Source: an uncultured bacterium (GTDB taxonomy: Bacteria > Caldisericota > Caldisericia > B22-G15). From it: a DNA stretch of 15,837 bases. Within the stretch, counting starts at the first letter, position 1, and each line of letters opens with the position of its first letter. Below the pieces are notes generated by a model that was not told the origin of the DNA, searched no databases, and saw nothing but the letters and a program-made list of their open reading frames with translations. Location: the NCBI GenBank assembly GCA_965612865.1, contig CBFDTJ010000033.1, positions 1 through 15,837 of the forward strand, written 5' to 3'. Below, in pieces: positions 1 through 8,231 of the stretch. Position numbers and translations under genes: made by a program.

Positions 1-146
1 CTTGAGGAGATTATATTTTTTGGGATTTCTTTACTTTCAAAGGAATAATTTAAAGTTTCTATAAATAATTCTCTTAAACTGTCCTCGCCAATTTTATAAG
101 GTAGATTCTCCAGTTTCTCTTTAATTTCATAGACTAATTTTTCCAC
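1..146 (-). CDS. Partial ORF (N-terminal ~48 aa, runs off the window start); unknown protein, possibly the N-terminus of a type IIG restriction-modification enzyme
   Basis: Hand translation from GTG at 146 is open to the edge: MEKLVYEIKEKLENLPYKIGEDSLRELFIETLNYSFESKEIPKNIISS. GAGG SD lies 7-8 nt upstream. 'LRELFIETLNY' resembles, from memory only, N-termini of Eco57I-like enzymes. Confidence 0.55.
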   Translation of the reverse strand, partial: MEKLVYEIKEKLENLPYKIGEDSLRELFIETLNYSFESKEIPKNIISS

Positions 147-171
147 CTTGTTTCCTCATAATATATATACT

Positions 172-199
172 AAAAAAGGGGTGGATAATCCACCCCTTT
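172..199 (-). terminator. Rho-independent terminator of the minus-strand surface-protein operon
   Basis: Minus strand reads AAAGGGGTGGA-TTA-TCCACCCC-TTTTTT: a perfect 11-bp stem with a T6 tail, ~25 nt after the stop at 224. Confidence 0.9.
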
Positions 200-223
200 C
201 ATGGTTCTAAGTTCTATAAAGAA

Positions 224-2950
224 TTATGGTACGACTTTTCCCCAGTTCTGAGCAAGTATTATTAAATCTATTCCATCAACCCTTAAGTCTCCGTTGAAAT
301 CACAATTTGGATTCCAGTTTTCTTCTCCCGGGACTGAACCAAAGGCCTGCATGAGTAAAACAAGGTCGTATCCATCAACAATTTTATCTCCGTTTACATC
401 TCCCTTAACTCCTGTTCCTTCTCCAATTTGAAGCGTATTTCCATATGATTGACAGGAGATATAGAGTGGTGTTGAGTTGTATAAAGAGAGGTTTGCAACC
501 TGAATGGTTCCATTGCCTGGATTTGTTGCCCTGAAGATTATGGTAAATACAATTCCATCACCTGAAACACCGGTTAGTGCAGGTCTTACCGCCTGAAGGG
601 ATACATATCCTTCCTGATTGTGAATTTTGTAGGCAATTATAGGTGAAATACCATCACTACCCATAAATCCACCATCTCTTACTTCATCCACCTGAACAAT
701 GCTCGGATCAAAAAGTATGTCCATGTTTAAAGATACAAGATCACTTACCCCTGTAATCTTTACATCTACTTTAAAGGAATCACCTGCATTAACATTTACA
801 AGGGAAGGCATTAAAGTTAAAGTTGTGTTGGAAGGTGGCATTATTACAAGAACAATATTTGCTGTTCTGATCTTCCCTTCACTTTCACCCTTAACCACAA
901 GCATATATGTACTTGGCTGAAGAGAAGAGTTGGTTTCAATCTTTAGGTAGGCTGTATCCACTAAAGATGGAACTGTAGCTGGAGAGAATGTCGGGATTAT
1001 ACCATTTGGTAATGGACCACTTGCACTTTCAAGAGATAAATTAACGTCTCCTTTGAATATTTCATCTCTCTCAACTTTTATTGTAAAGAAACCGCTTCCT
1101 CCCTGTGTTAAGGTTCGTGAGGTTGGTGGAACAACCTCAATTTTAAAATCTCCTGTGGGCATTATTACCACAGTGAGAAGTATATTTACCTCTGCTCTTC
1201 TTCCTCCTCCAGAGCCTGCAACTGTGAGTGAGTATGGACCGGGCGGAGTGTTTTCTCCCACATTGATGGTTAAAACAGAAGAGACAGTAGGAGTGATTGC
1301 TTCAGGAGAAAAGGAGAAAGTAGTGTTAGGTGGAGGATTAACCAGTGTTAAGTTTACAGGAACATTGAATCCCCCTTGAGCTGTCATGGTTATGATAAAT
1401 GTAGCACTTTCACCCTGATATGCACTTCTCTGAGGAGGTTGAGCTGACAGGGTGAATGAACCCTGAACCTGTGGTCTCACATCAAGAGTTACAGTTTTTG
1501 TTGCAACAAGGTTTCCGCTCCTTCCCTCAATCTCAAGGAAGTAAACATTTGGAACAATCTGAGGAAGTGCTGTTACTGTTAAGGTTGCTGTATCTCCTTC
1601 TGACTCAAGAGTTTGAGGTGAAAATGAATATGTTAGGTTGTTTGGTGGATTCTTAAGGGAAAGAGTGACTTCTCCTGCAAAGGTTCCATATGGAGTAAAT
1701 GAAATTGTGAACGTAGTACTATCCCCTGCATATATAACTCTTCCCTCTGGTTCAACATTTAGATAGAAATTGGCTGTGGGGAAGAAGGCATACAGATAGT
1801 GATCAGATGAAGCTATAAATAGTCCCCCCTGGGCTATTGCAGGGGAGGAATATACCTCTCCATCTGTTGCATATTCCCATATTTTTTCACCTGTGTTTTT
1901 ATTTAATGCATAGATTTTCTTATCACGGGACGCAAAGTAGACAAAATCACCAGATATGGCAGCAGAACCATCAATTGGTCCTTCAGCGTCAAACTGCCAC
2001 AACTTTTGCCCAGTTGTCTTGTTTATGGCATAGAAGTGTCCTTCCCTATCACCAACGTATATTGCTGTATCATCAACGGCAGGAGTAGATACAAAATTTC
2101 CTCTCTCTGAAAATTCCCATACAGGAGAGAGTGTGGCAGATAATGCGATAATCTTACCTTTTACATCTGGAAGATTGGATAGAGAGGTAACAAAGAGATA
2201 ATTTCCATCTGTGGATATAGATGATTCGTTTCCCATAGATGTTATTCCAGGTATCTGATAGGTAAAAAGAATATTTCCATCGTAAAGATTTATTGCATAT
2301 ATAAGTCCACTGAATGTGGATACATAAACTGTTCCGCCAATTACAGTAGGGGATGAGTACTCGTGGTATGCCACTTCTCTCTTCCAGAATTCATTTCCAT
2401 TTGTTGCATCCACTGCATAAACATAACTTGGGTTTCCAACAGTTCCAAAAATAATATACCCATTTACATAGATTGGGGAGGACAAAGCCTGTCCAAGAGG
2501 TGAGAATTCCCAGATTTTACTTCCAGTGTTTGCATCAAGGCAGTAAACTTTGGTAGGTCTGTTTGGATCTCCACCAGAGGCAAAATATATCCTTCCGCCG
2601 TTGTATAATGGTGCTCCAAGGACATAGTTCTCTGTGGTGAAGTCCCATATCTTTGTGCCATCCTCAGCACTGAAAGCATACAATCTTCCAGAGTAATCCC
2701 CAACAAATACTTTACCTTCTGCGACAACAGGCGAGGATTTAGAGTTCTGAATTAATGGAGCTTTCCAGGAATAGGCATTCAGAGGAAGAGTATGTGGATC
2801 CAGAACTTCATCAGCCAGACCAGTATGTTGTATGTCATGCATAAACATGGGCCAGCTTGTATTTTCTGCTTTTACCCTTGTTGAGAGTAATGTGAATCCT
2901 CCAAAAACAAGGGAAATTAATACAGCAAAGATTAAAATTTTATTTCTCAT
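224..2950 (-). CDS. Secreted multidomain protein (908 aa): PQQ-like/BamB-type beta-propeller, three Ig-like repeats, cohesin-like domain, C-terminal dockerin
   Basis: ATG at 2950 preceded by AAGGAGG. Signal peptide MRNKILIFAVLISLVFGGFTLLSTRVKA. WPMFMHDIQHTG and repeated SSP...LYA...G..IW.F blade motifs. Three ~100-aa F.L...P...G.S..F.I...V.LSL...FSP repeats. Cohesin-like GDSFKVDVKITGVSDLVSLNMDILFDP...VSGDGIVFTIIF. Dockerin GDVNGDKIVDGYD...CDFNGDLRVDGID. Confidence 0.88.
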   Translation of the reverse strand: MRNKILIFAVLISLVFGGFTLLSTRVKAENTSWPMFMHDIQHTGLADEVLDPHTLPLNAYSWKAPLIQNSKSSPVVAEGKVFVGDYSGRLYAFSAEDGTKIWDFTTENYVLGAPLYNGGRIYFASGGDPNRPTKVYCLDANTGSKIWEFSPLGQALSSPIYVNGYIIFGTVGNPSYVYAVDATNGNEFWKREVAYHEYSSPTVIGGTVYVSTFSGLIYAINLYDGNILFTYQIPGITSMGNESSISTDGNYLFVTSLSNLPDVKGKIIALSATLSPVWEFSERGNFVSTPAVDDTAIYVGDREGHFYAINKTTGQKLWQFDAEGPIDGSAAISGDFVYFASRDKKIYALNKNTGEKIWEYATDGEVYSSPAIAQGGLFIASSDHYLYAFFPTANFYLNVEPEGRVIYAGDSTTFTISFTPYGTFAGEVTLSLKNPPNNLTYSFSPQTLESEGDTATLTVTALPQIVPNVYFLEIEGRSGNLVATKTVTLDVRPQVQGSFTLSAQPPQRSAYQGESATFIITMTAQGGFNVPVNLTLVNPPPNTTFSFSPEAITPTVSSVLTINVGENTPPGPYSLTVAGSGGGRRAEVNILLTVVIMPTGDFKIEVVPPTSRTLTQGGSGFFTIKVERDEIFKGDVNLSLESASGPLPNGIIPTFSPATVPSLVDTAYLKIETNSSLQPSTYMLVVKGESEGKIRTANIVLVIMPPSNTTLTLMPSLVNVNAGDSFKVDVKITGVSDLVSLNMDILFDPSIVQVDEVRDGGFMGSDGISPIIAYKIHNQEGYVSLQAVRPALTGVSGDGIVFTIIFRATNPGNGTIQVANLSLYNSTPLYISCQSYGNTLQIGEGTGVKGDVNGDKIVDGYDLVLLMQAFGSVPGEENWNPNCDFNGDLRVDGIDLIILAQNWGKVVP

Positions 2951-2969
2951 GAGATTCCTCCTTTTCAAA

Positions 2970-4412
2970 TTAATCCCCTGGATAGGTTATAGTTATTATC
3001 TGTAATTCTGGATCCCATTCCACTTTAGCACCAAAAGCTTCTGACACAAATCTTAATGGAACAACAGTTCTTCCTCCTCCAATTTCTGGAATTTCAATAA
3101 CCTTTGGTGGTACATCCAGATAGTATCTTTCTCCATTGATAAGTGCTTCCTTTCTTCCAATCCATAAAACCACTACTTTGTCTCCAAGGGTTATTGTTAT
3201 TCTCTCCTCAACAGGATCCCATCCTACCTCTGCACCAAAGGTTTCTGCAACAAATCTCAGAGGGACAAGTGTTCTTCCGTTTTCTATAAATGGAGCAAGG
3301 TCAAGCATTACAGTTTCGTCATTTACCACAGCCATCAGATTGCCAATCTGAAGCCTTATTATCGTTCTTGGTTTATATGTTACATGAATCTTTTTTACAG
3401 TTTCATTTCCTGCTTTATCGATGGCTTTGATGGTTAGAAGGTTGTCTCCTTCATTCAGGGAGTAGGAAGCAGTAAAGTTTCCCTGAGAGTCAGAATTTAC
3501 TATTATGCCGTTTACATCTACCTTGATGTTTGGTTCAGTTTTTCCTGTTACATCTATAAGCTTATCTTTAGCTAAAGTTCCGTCTTGAGGCGAAGTTACC
3601 TCAAGCTCTGGAGGAGTTATGTCAACTATAAAGGTGTATGTTAAAACCTCTGATTCGTTGCCCGCTTCATCTTTTGCCTTCACAGAGAAAGTGTGGTTTC
3701 CCTCTTTAAGATTTGGTGTAACATAGCTTGTAGTGTGTTTCCATTCACTCCAATCCTCCTCGTCAAGCTTATAGGAGTAAAGCAGGTTTTCTGGAAGAGT
3801 TTTATCATCACTGCCTTCCCATTCAAACTGAATACTTAATGTTTTATTTGTCTCTGGAGGAGGTGTCGTTGTAAATTTTACTGTGGGAGGACTTTTATCC
3901 TGTGGTATTACAGTGACTCTTAACGTTGTAGCTTGAGTGTCTATATTCATCTGTCTCATCTTTGAATCAAAAAGGGTAATGTTTTGGAGTTTAACATCGT
4001 ATACACCTGTGTTTCCTCCCACAAAGTTTACCTTAAGAAGAAGTCCTGAACCTGATACACCCTCAACCTGTCCTATCCTTGATATTCCCACGATTATTCT
4101 ATTCTCATTCTTTTTAACTCTGGAGAGCACAACAATACTTCTCTTGTCTCTCTCAAGGAAATTTTTCTCTTTATCTGTTGACTTTTCTATACCAGATTGC
4201 TTAACTGAAAGTTCGTTTAATGGCATGGATATATCAAAAGCAACTCCATACAGATCAGTTACATCTGAAACTCTGATCTCAAAACTCGCGTTGGTTCCAG
4301 AAACTACCGTCATGGTATCTGGTTCAATGTAGATTCTTGGATTCCCGCTTCTCCATGCCACGCCAAGTGGCAACAGAGAAAACAAGATTAATAAAGTTAA
4401 GATTTTTTTCAT
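2970..4412 (-). CDS. Secreted/surface protein (480 aa): N-terminal cohesin-like domain, two Ig-like domains, C-terminal copper amine oxidase N-terminal (Cu_amine_oxidN1/stalk) domain
   Basis: AAGGAGG SD. Signal peptide MKKILTLLILFSLLPLGVA. Cohesin-like FEIRVSDVTDLYGVAFDI...GVSGSGLLLKVNF...LQNITLFDS. Ig motifs LKEGNHTFSVKAKDEAGN and LNEGDNLLTIKAIDKAGN. Duplicated GRTLVPLRFVAETFGAEVGWD / GRTVVPLRFVSEAFGAKVEWD, the hallmark of Cu_amine_oxidN1. Confidence 0.88.
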   Translation of the reverse strand: MKKILTLLILFSLLPLGVAWRSGNPRIYIEPDTMTVVSGTNASFEIRVSDVTDLYGVAFDISMPLNELSVKQSGIEKSTDKEKNFLERDKRSIVVLSRVKKNENRIIVGISRIGQVEGVSGSGLLLKVNFVGGNTGVYDVKLQNITLFDSKMRQMNIDTQATTLRVTVIPQDKSPPTVKFTTTPPPETNKTLSIQFEWEGSDDKTLPENLLYSYKLDEEDWSEWKHTTSYVTPNLKEGNHTFSVKAKDEAGNESEVLTYTFIVDITPPELEVTSPQDGTLAKDKLIDVTGKTEPNIKVDVNGIIVNSDSQGNFTASYSLNEGDNLLTIKAIDKAGNETVKKIHVTYKPRTIIRLQIGNLMAVVNDETVMLDLAPFIENGRTLVPLRFVAETFGAEVGWDPVEERITITLGDKVVVLWIGRKEALINGERYYLDVPPKVIEIPEIGGGRTVVPLRFVSEAFGAKVEWDPELQIITITYPGD

Positions 4413-4468
4413 CCACTTTCCTCCTTCTTCAATTTAGAAGAAAAACACTTCTTTTTGTTTCCAATCTA

Positions 4469-4477
4469 AGTTTAACA
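4469..4477 (-). promoter_or_regulatory. Possible extended -10 promoter (TG-T-TAAACT) for the minus-strand operon
   Basis: Minus strand TGTTAAACT, ~57 nt upstream of ATG 4412. No convincing -35 found. Confidence 0.35.
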
Positions 4478-4526
4478 TAAAAATTATTTCTAAAATCACA
4501 AAAAGTTTATCCAAGTACTACACTGT

Positions 4527-4555
4527 TTGACTATGAATATGTTATAATTTATACT
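4527..4555 (+). promoter_or_regulatory. Sigma70-type promoter TTGACT-N17-TATACT, with an overlapping extended -10 (TG-T-TATAAT, 4540-4548)
   Basis: TTGACT at 4527-4532, 17-nt spacer, TATACT at 4550-4555. Predicted TSS ~4562-4563. Confidence 0.7.
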
Positions 4556-4562
4556 TAATTTG

Positions 4563-4763
4563 ATGGAAGGAAAGGTAAAGTGGTTTGATCCTCAGAAGGG
4601 CTATGGATTTATAGAATTTGAAGGTAAAGATATTTTTGTTCATTATAAAGATATTGTTGGTGAAGGTTTTAGAGCTCTTAAGACTGGAGAAATTGTGGAA
4701 TTTGACATGGAAGAGACAGAAAAGGGTTTTAGAGCGAAAAACGTTAGAAAAAAGGAGGTTTGA
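4563..4763 (+). CDS. cspA: Cold-shock domain protein (CspA family, 66 aa)
   Basis: MEGKVKWFDPQKGYGFI (RNP1), DIFVHY (RNP2), GFRALKTGEIVEF...KGFRAKNV. Confidence 0.96.
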   Translation: MEGKVKWFDPQKGYGFIEFEGKDIFVHYKDIVGEGFRALKTGEIVEFDMEETEKGFRAKNVRKKEV

Positions 4764-4764
4764 G

Positions 4765-5295
4765 ATGAAGTTAGTAGTTCAGGGAAAGAATTTTCAAGTT
4801 ACAGATGATGTTTTGAAATATGCTGAGAAGAGACTTTCTACAGTAGAAAAATTCTTTGATAATATACAGGAACTCAACACAATTATTTCTAAGGAGAGAG
4901 GTAATATTAAAGTTGAAGTTACTCTCTCTGCCTCTGGAACAGTTATAAGAGGAGAATCAAGAACACCAGATGTTTTTTCTTCTATAGATGATGTTGTAGA
5001 TAAATTGAAGAGACAGATAAAGAAATATAAAGAGAGGTTTATAGAGAGAAGAAGAGTGGCTGCAAAAGAGGAGAAAAAGTTTGAGAGATCTACAGAAGAA
5101 ATAGAAGAGGAAGAACCAAGAATAGTGAAGGTTAAGAGATTTATCTTAAAACCCATGGATGAGGAAGAAGCAATAATGCAGATGGAACTGCTGGGACACA
5201 ACTTTTTTGTCTTTCTCAATTCAAGAACAGATAAATTCAATGTTATATATAAAAGAACAGACGGAAATTATGGTTTAATAGAGCCTGAGGAATGA
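4765..5295 (+). CDS. hpf: Long-form ribosome hibernation promoting factor (RaiA/HPF, S30EA; 176 aa)
   Basis: ATG 4765 with AGGAGG at 4753-4758. MKLVVQGKNFQVT...SIDDVVDKLKRQIKKYK. C-terminal dimerisation domain KPMDEEEAIMQMELLGHNFFVF...VIYKRTDGNYGLIEP. Confidence 0.96.
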   Translation: MKLVVQGKNFQVTDDVLKYAEKRLSTVEKFFDNIQELNTIISKERGNIKVEVTLSASGTVIRGESRTPDVFSSIDDVVDKLKRQIKKYKERFIERRRVAAKEEKKFERSTEEIEEEEPRIVKVKRFILKPMDEEEAIMQMELLGHNFFVFLNSRTDKFNVIYKRTDGNYGLIEPEE

Positions 5296-5744
5296 GTAGA
5301 GTAAGTAAATTTATATTCTTTACCCTTATATTTCTTATAATTCTTACACTTTCTTATGCTGTAAATAGGCATTTTATTAGTGGAGAAGAGAAACCCTTTT
5401 ATGTAGAACTTAAAATTGCCGTACCCAACATTTATCCTGAAGTTGCAAGCAGTATAAAAGAGGGTGATTATATAATAGATACACAGGGAAATAGAGTTTT
5501 TAGAATAGAATCTGTTTTTATAAAACCTGCAGAGCATCCAGTTGAAACATGCGATGGTCATATTGTTAAAGCGGAGCATCCTATATATAAGAGTGCAATA
5601 ATTACAGTTAAGACTGTTAAGCCAACTAAATCATTAATAGTTGGTTACAATAGAAGAACTGCAAGGATAGGCGCAAAGCTTGTAATTGAAACGCCCAAAG
5701 TAAGATTTGTTGGCGTGGTGCTTAGTGTAGAAAAAGGAGATTAA
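5292..5744 (+). CDS. Membrane-anchored hypothetical protein (DUF4330-like)
   Basis: ATGA overlap with hpf. N-terminal TM segment FIFFTLIFLIILTLSYAV. IKEGD...DGHIVKAEHP and RIGAKLVIETPKVRFVGVVLSV resemble DUF4330 (family call from memory). Confidence 0.7.
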   Translation: MSRVSKFIFFTLIFLIILTLSYAVNRHFISGEEKPFYVELKIAVPNIYPEVASSIKEGDYIIDTQGNRVFRIESVFIKPAEHPVETCDGHIVKAEHPIYKSAIITVKTVKPTKSLIVGYNRRTARIGAKLVIETPKVRFVGVVLSVEKGD

Positions 5745-8231
5745 ATGAGACTTTTTAAAAATATATTCAATTCAGAGCAAAAAGAACTTAAGAGGTTAAG
5801 AACTATAGTTGAGAAGGTTAACTCTCTTGAAGAGAGTATAAAGGATCTTTCAAACGAGGAACTTGCAAGAAAGACCACCGAATTTAAAAATAGACTTAAA
5901 AACGGAGAATCTCTAAATGACATTCTTGTGGAAGCCTTTGCAGTTGTAAGAGAGGTTGCAAGAAGAACTGTTGGTATGAGACACTTTGATGTTCAAATAA
6001 TGGGTGGAGTGGTTCTACATGAGGGAAAGATTGCAGAGATGAAAACTGGTGAAGGAAAGACTCTTGTAGCAACACTCCCAATTTATCTTAATGGATTAAC
6101 TGGTAAAGGAGTTCACCTTGTAACTGTTAATGACTATCTTGCAAAAAGAGACGCATTATGGATGGGTCCTATATATAGATTTCTCGGTCTTACAGTAGGT
6201 GTAATTCAACATGAAACCTCTTTCCTTGTTGAGTGGGATGAGAAGGAAAAATTCAGTGTAAAGCTTGTTCCATGCAGTAGAAGAGAAGCATACCTTGCAG
6301 ATGTCACATACGGAACAAACAATGAGTTTGGTTTTGATTATCTAAGAGATAATATGGCTGTTTCTCTTGAACAGGTTGTTCAGAGAGAGCTTAACTATGC
6401 CATTGTTGATGAGGTTGATTCTATTCTTATTGATGAGGCAAGAACCCCTCTAATCATCTCCGGCCCAAGTGAGAAATCAACTTCTATCTATTATAAATGC
6501 GCAAGGATTGCAAAACAATTGAAAAGAGATGTAGATTTTACTGCTGATGATAAAGAGAAGACAGTTGCCTTAACAGAAGAGGGTGTAAAGAAGATAGAGA
6601 AGATGCTCGGGATTTCCAATCTCTATGATAGCACAAATGTTGAGCTTGTAAGCCACATAATACAGGCTATAAGAGCTTTAGTTCACTTTAAAAATGAAGT
6701 TGATTACATAGTTAAAGATGGCGAAGTAATAATTGTTGATGAGTTTACCGGTAGACTCATGTATGGAAGAAGATATTCAGATGGTCTTCATCAGGCTATT
6801 GAAGCAAAAGAAAATCTTAAGGTAAGGGCAGAAAGTCAGACACTTGCCACTATAACTTTTCAGAATTATTTTAAGATGTATAAGAAATTAGCCGGTATGA
6901 CAGGTACAGCAAAGACAGAGGAGCAGGAGTTTATTGAGATATATAATCTTCCTGTTGTGGTAATCCCCACCAATAAACCTGTTATAAGGAAAGATTATCC
7001 TGATGTGATATATGCCACTGAGAAAACAAAGTTTAAAAAAATTGTGGAGGAGATAAAAGATTGTTATAAGAGAGGACAGCCAGTTCTCGTGGGTACCCGT
7101 TCCATTGAGAAATCAGAAAGAATATCAAAGATGCTTAAAAGAGAAGGTATTCCTCATCAGGTTCTCAATGCTAAGTATCATGAAAAAGAGGCTGAAATAA
7201 TTAAAAAAGCAGGTCAGAAAGGGATGGTTACCATAGCCACAAACATGGCTGGAAGAGGAGTTGATATTGTTCTTGGAGAAGGTGTAACGGAGTTGGGTGG
7301 ACTCCACATTATTGGAACCGAACGTCACGAATCAAGAAGAATAGATAATCAGCTAAGAGGTAGAGCGGGAAGACAGGGAGATCCAGGTAGCTCAAGATTC
7401 TATCTTTCCCTGGAGGATGAGATATTGAGACTCTTTGGAGGAAACTCAATTAAGAGAATAATGGGTATACTTAAAATGGACGAAGAGACACCACTTGAGC
7501 ACCCAATGTTAACAAGGGCTATAGAGAATGCTCAGAAAAAGGTTGAGGCATATCACTTTGAGATAAGAAAGAACCTCCTTGAATATGATAATGTACTGAA
7601 TAAGCATAGAGAAGTTATATACAAAGAGAGAAGAAAGATTCTTGAAAAGGCAAATTTAAGAGATGAGTTCCTTGAATTTTTAGAAAAGATGATAACTGAC
7701 ATTGTTGAAGTTCACCTCTCCAAATCTCTGGAAGAACTTGACTATGAAGGGCTTTCAAAATCCTTTGCCGAGCTTACGGGAATACTTATAAAACCTGATG
7801 ATTTAAAGAAGATAAGTAGAGACGATGTTTTAAATGTACTTCTTGATATTGCCAGAAAGAGATACGAGCAGAAGGAAGAGGAATTAAGAAAACTCTCTCA
7901 GGAAAATGAAAGTATTAGAAAACAGTTCGGCGAAGATCCTATGAGGGAGATAGAGAGATACCTTCTTCTAAGGATAATTGATTCCAAATGGAAAGACCAT
8001 CTTTATGCAATGGACCATCTTAAAGAAGGTATAGGACTTCGTGCATATGGTCAGCAGGATCCATTGATTGCATATCAAATTGAGGGTTTCGAGTTATTCC
8101 AGTCAATGCTTCATTCCATAAGGGAAGATTGGATAAGATTTATTTTCAGAGTGGAGTTAAAAAGTGAGCCAAAAGAGAACAGAGCTCAGCGAAGAGCAAG
8201 AAAGCATAAAAAGTCTAAAAGAAGAGTTTAA
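5745..8231 (+). CDS. secA: Preprotein translocase ATPase SecA (828 aa)
   Basis: MKTGEGKT (Walker A), [80 protein letters not shown]. Confidence 0.99.
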   Translation: MRLFKNIFNSEQKELKRLRTIVEKVNSLEESIKDLSNEELARKTTEFKNRLKNGESLNDILVEAFAVVREVARRTVGMRHFDVQIMGGVVLHEGKIAEMKTGEGKTLVATLPIYLNGLTGKGVHLVTVNDYLAKRDALWMGPIYRFLGLTVGVIQHETSFLVEWDEKEKFSVKLVPCSRREAYLADVTYGTNNEFGFDYLRDNMAVSLEQVVQRELNYAIVDEVDSILIDEARTPLIISGPSEKSTSIYYKCARIAKQLKRDVDFTADDKEKTVALTEEGVKKIEKMLGISNLYDSTNVELVSHIIQAIRALVHFKNEVDYIVKDGEVIIVDEFTGRLMYGRRYSDGLHQAIEAKENLKVRAESQTLATITFQNYFKMYKKLAGMTGTAKTEEQEFIEIYNLPVVVIPTNKPVIRKDYPDVIYATEKTKFKKIVEEIKDCYKRGQPVLVGTRSIEKSERISKMLKREGIPHQVLNAKYHEKEAEIIKKAGQKGMVTIATNMAGRGVDIVLGEGVTELGGLHIIGTERHESRRIDNQLRGRAGRQGDPGSSRFYLSLEDEILRLFGGNSIKRIMGILKMDEETPLEHPMLTRAIENAQKKVEAYHFEIRKNLLEYDNVLNKHREVIYKERRKILEKANLRDEFLEFLEKMITDIVEVHLSKSLEELDYEGLSKSFAELTGILIKPDDLKKISRDDVLNVLLDIARKRYEQKEEELRKLSQENESIRKQFGEDPMREIERYLLLRIIDSKWKDHLYAMDHLKEGIGLRAYGQQDPLIAYQIEGFELFQSMLHSIREDWIRFIFRVELKSEPKENRAQRRARKHKKSKRRV

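Noticed and set aside
2951..2968. TTG start at 2968 in the ORF track (MKRRNL extension)
   Set aside because: The extension is the AAGGAGG SD itself; ATG 2950 gives a proper signal peptide.
699..4332. Short antisense or alternative-frame ORFs inside the two surface-protein genes (699, 1053, 1456, 1837, 2464, 3136, 3937)
   Set aside because: Shadow ORFs fully nested in well-supported genes, with no recognisable motifs.
224..4412. True cellulosome, outer-membrane BamB, or copper amine oxidase enzyme
   Set aside because: No recognisable GH or CBM domains, no BamB-type lipobox, and only the non-catalytic N-terminal amine oxidase domain is present.
4436..4452. Small AGAAG/CTTCT inverted repeat upstream of the cohesin gene
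   Set aside because: Only 5 bp in AT-rich DNA; expected by chance.
4618..4764. 49-aa N-terminal extension of HPF overlapping csp
   Set aside because: HPF homology begins at ATG 4765, which has a strong AGGAGG; the upstream part is an alternative frame of csp.
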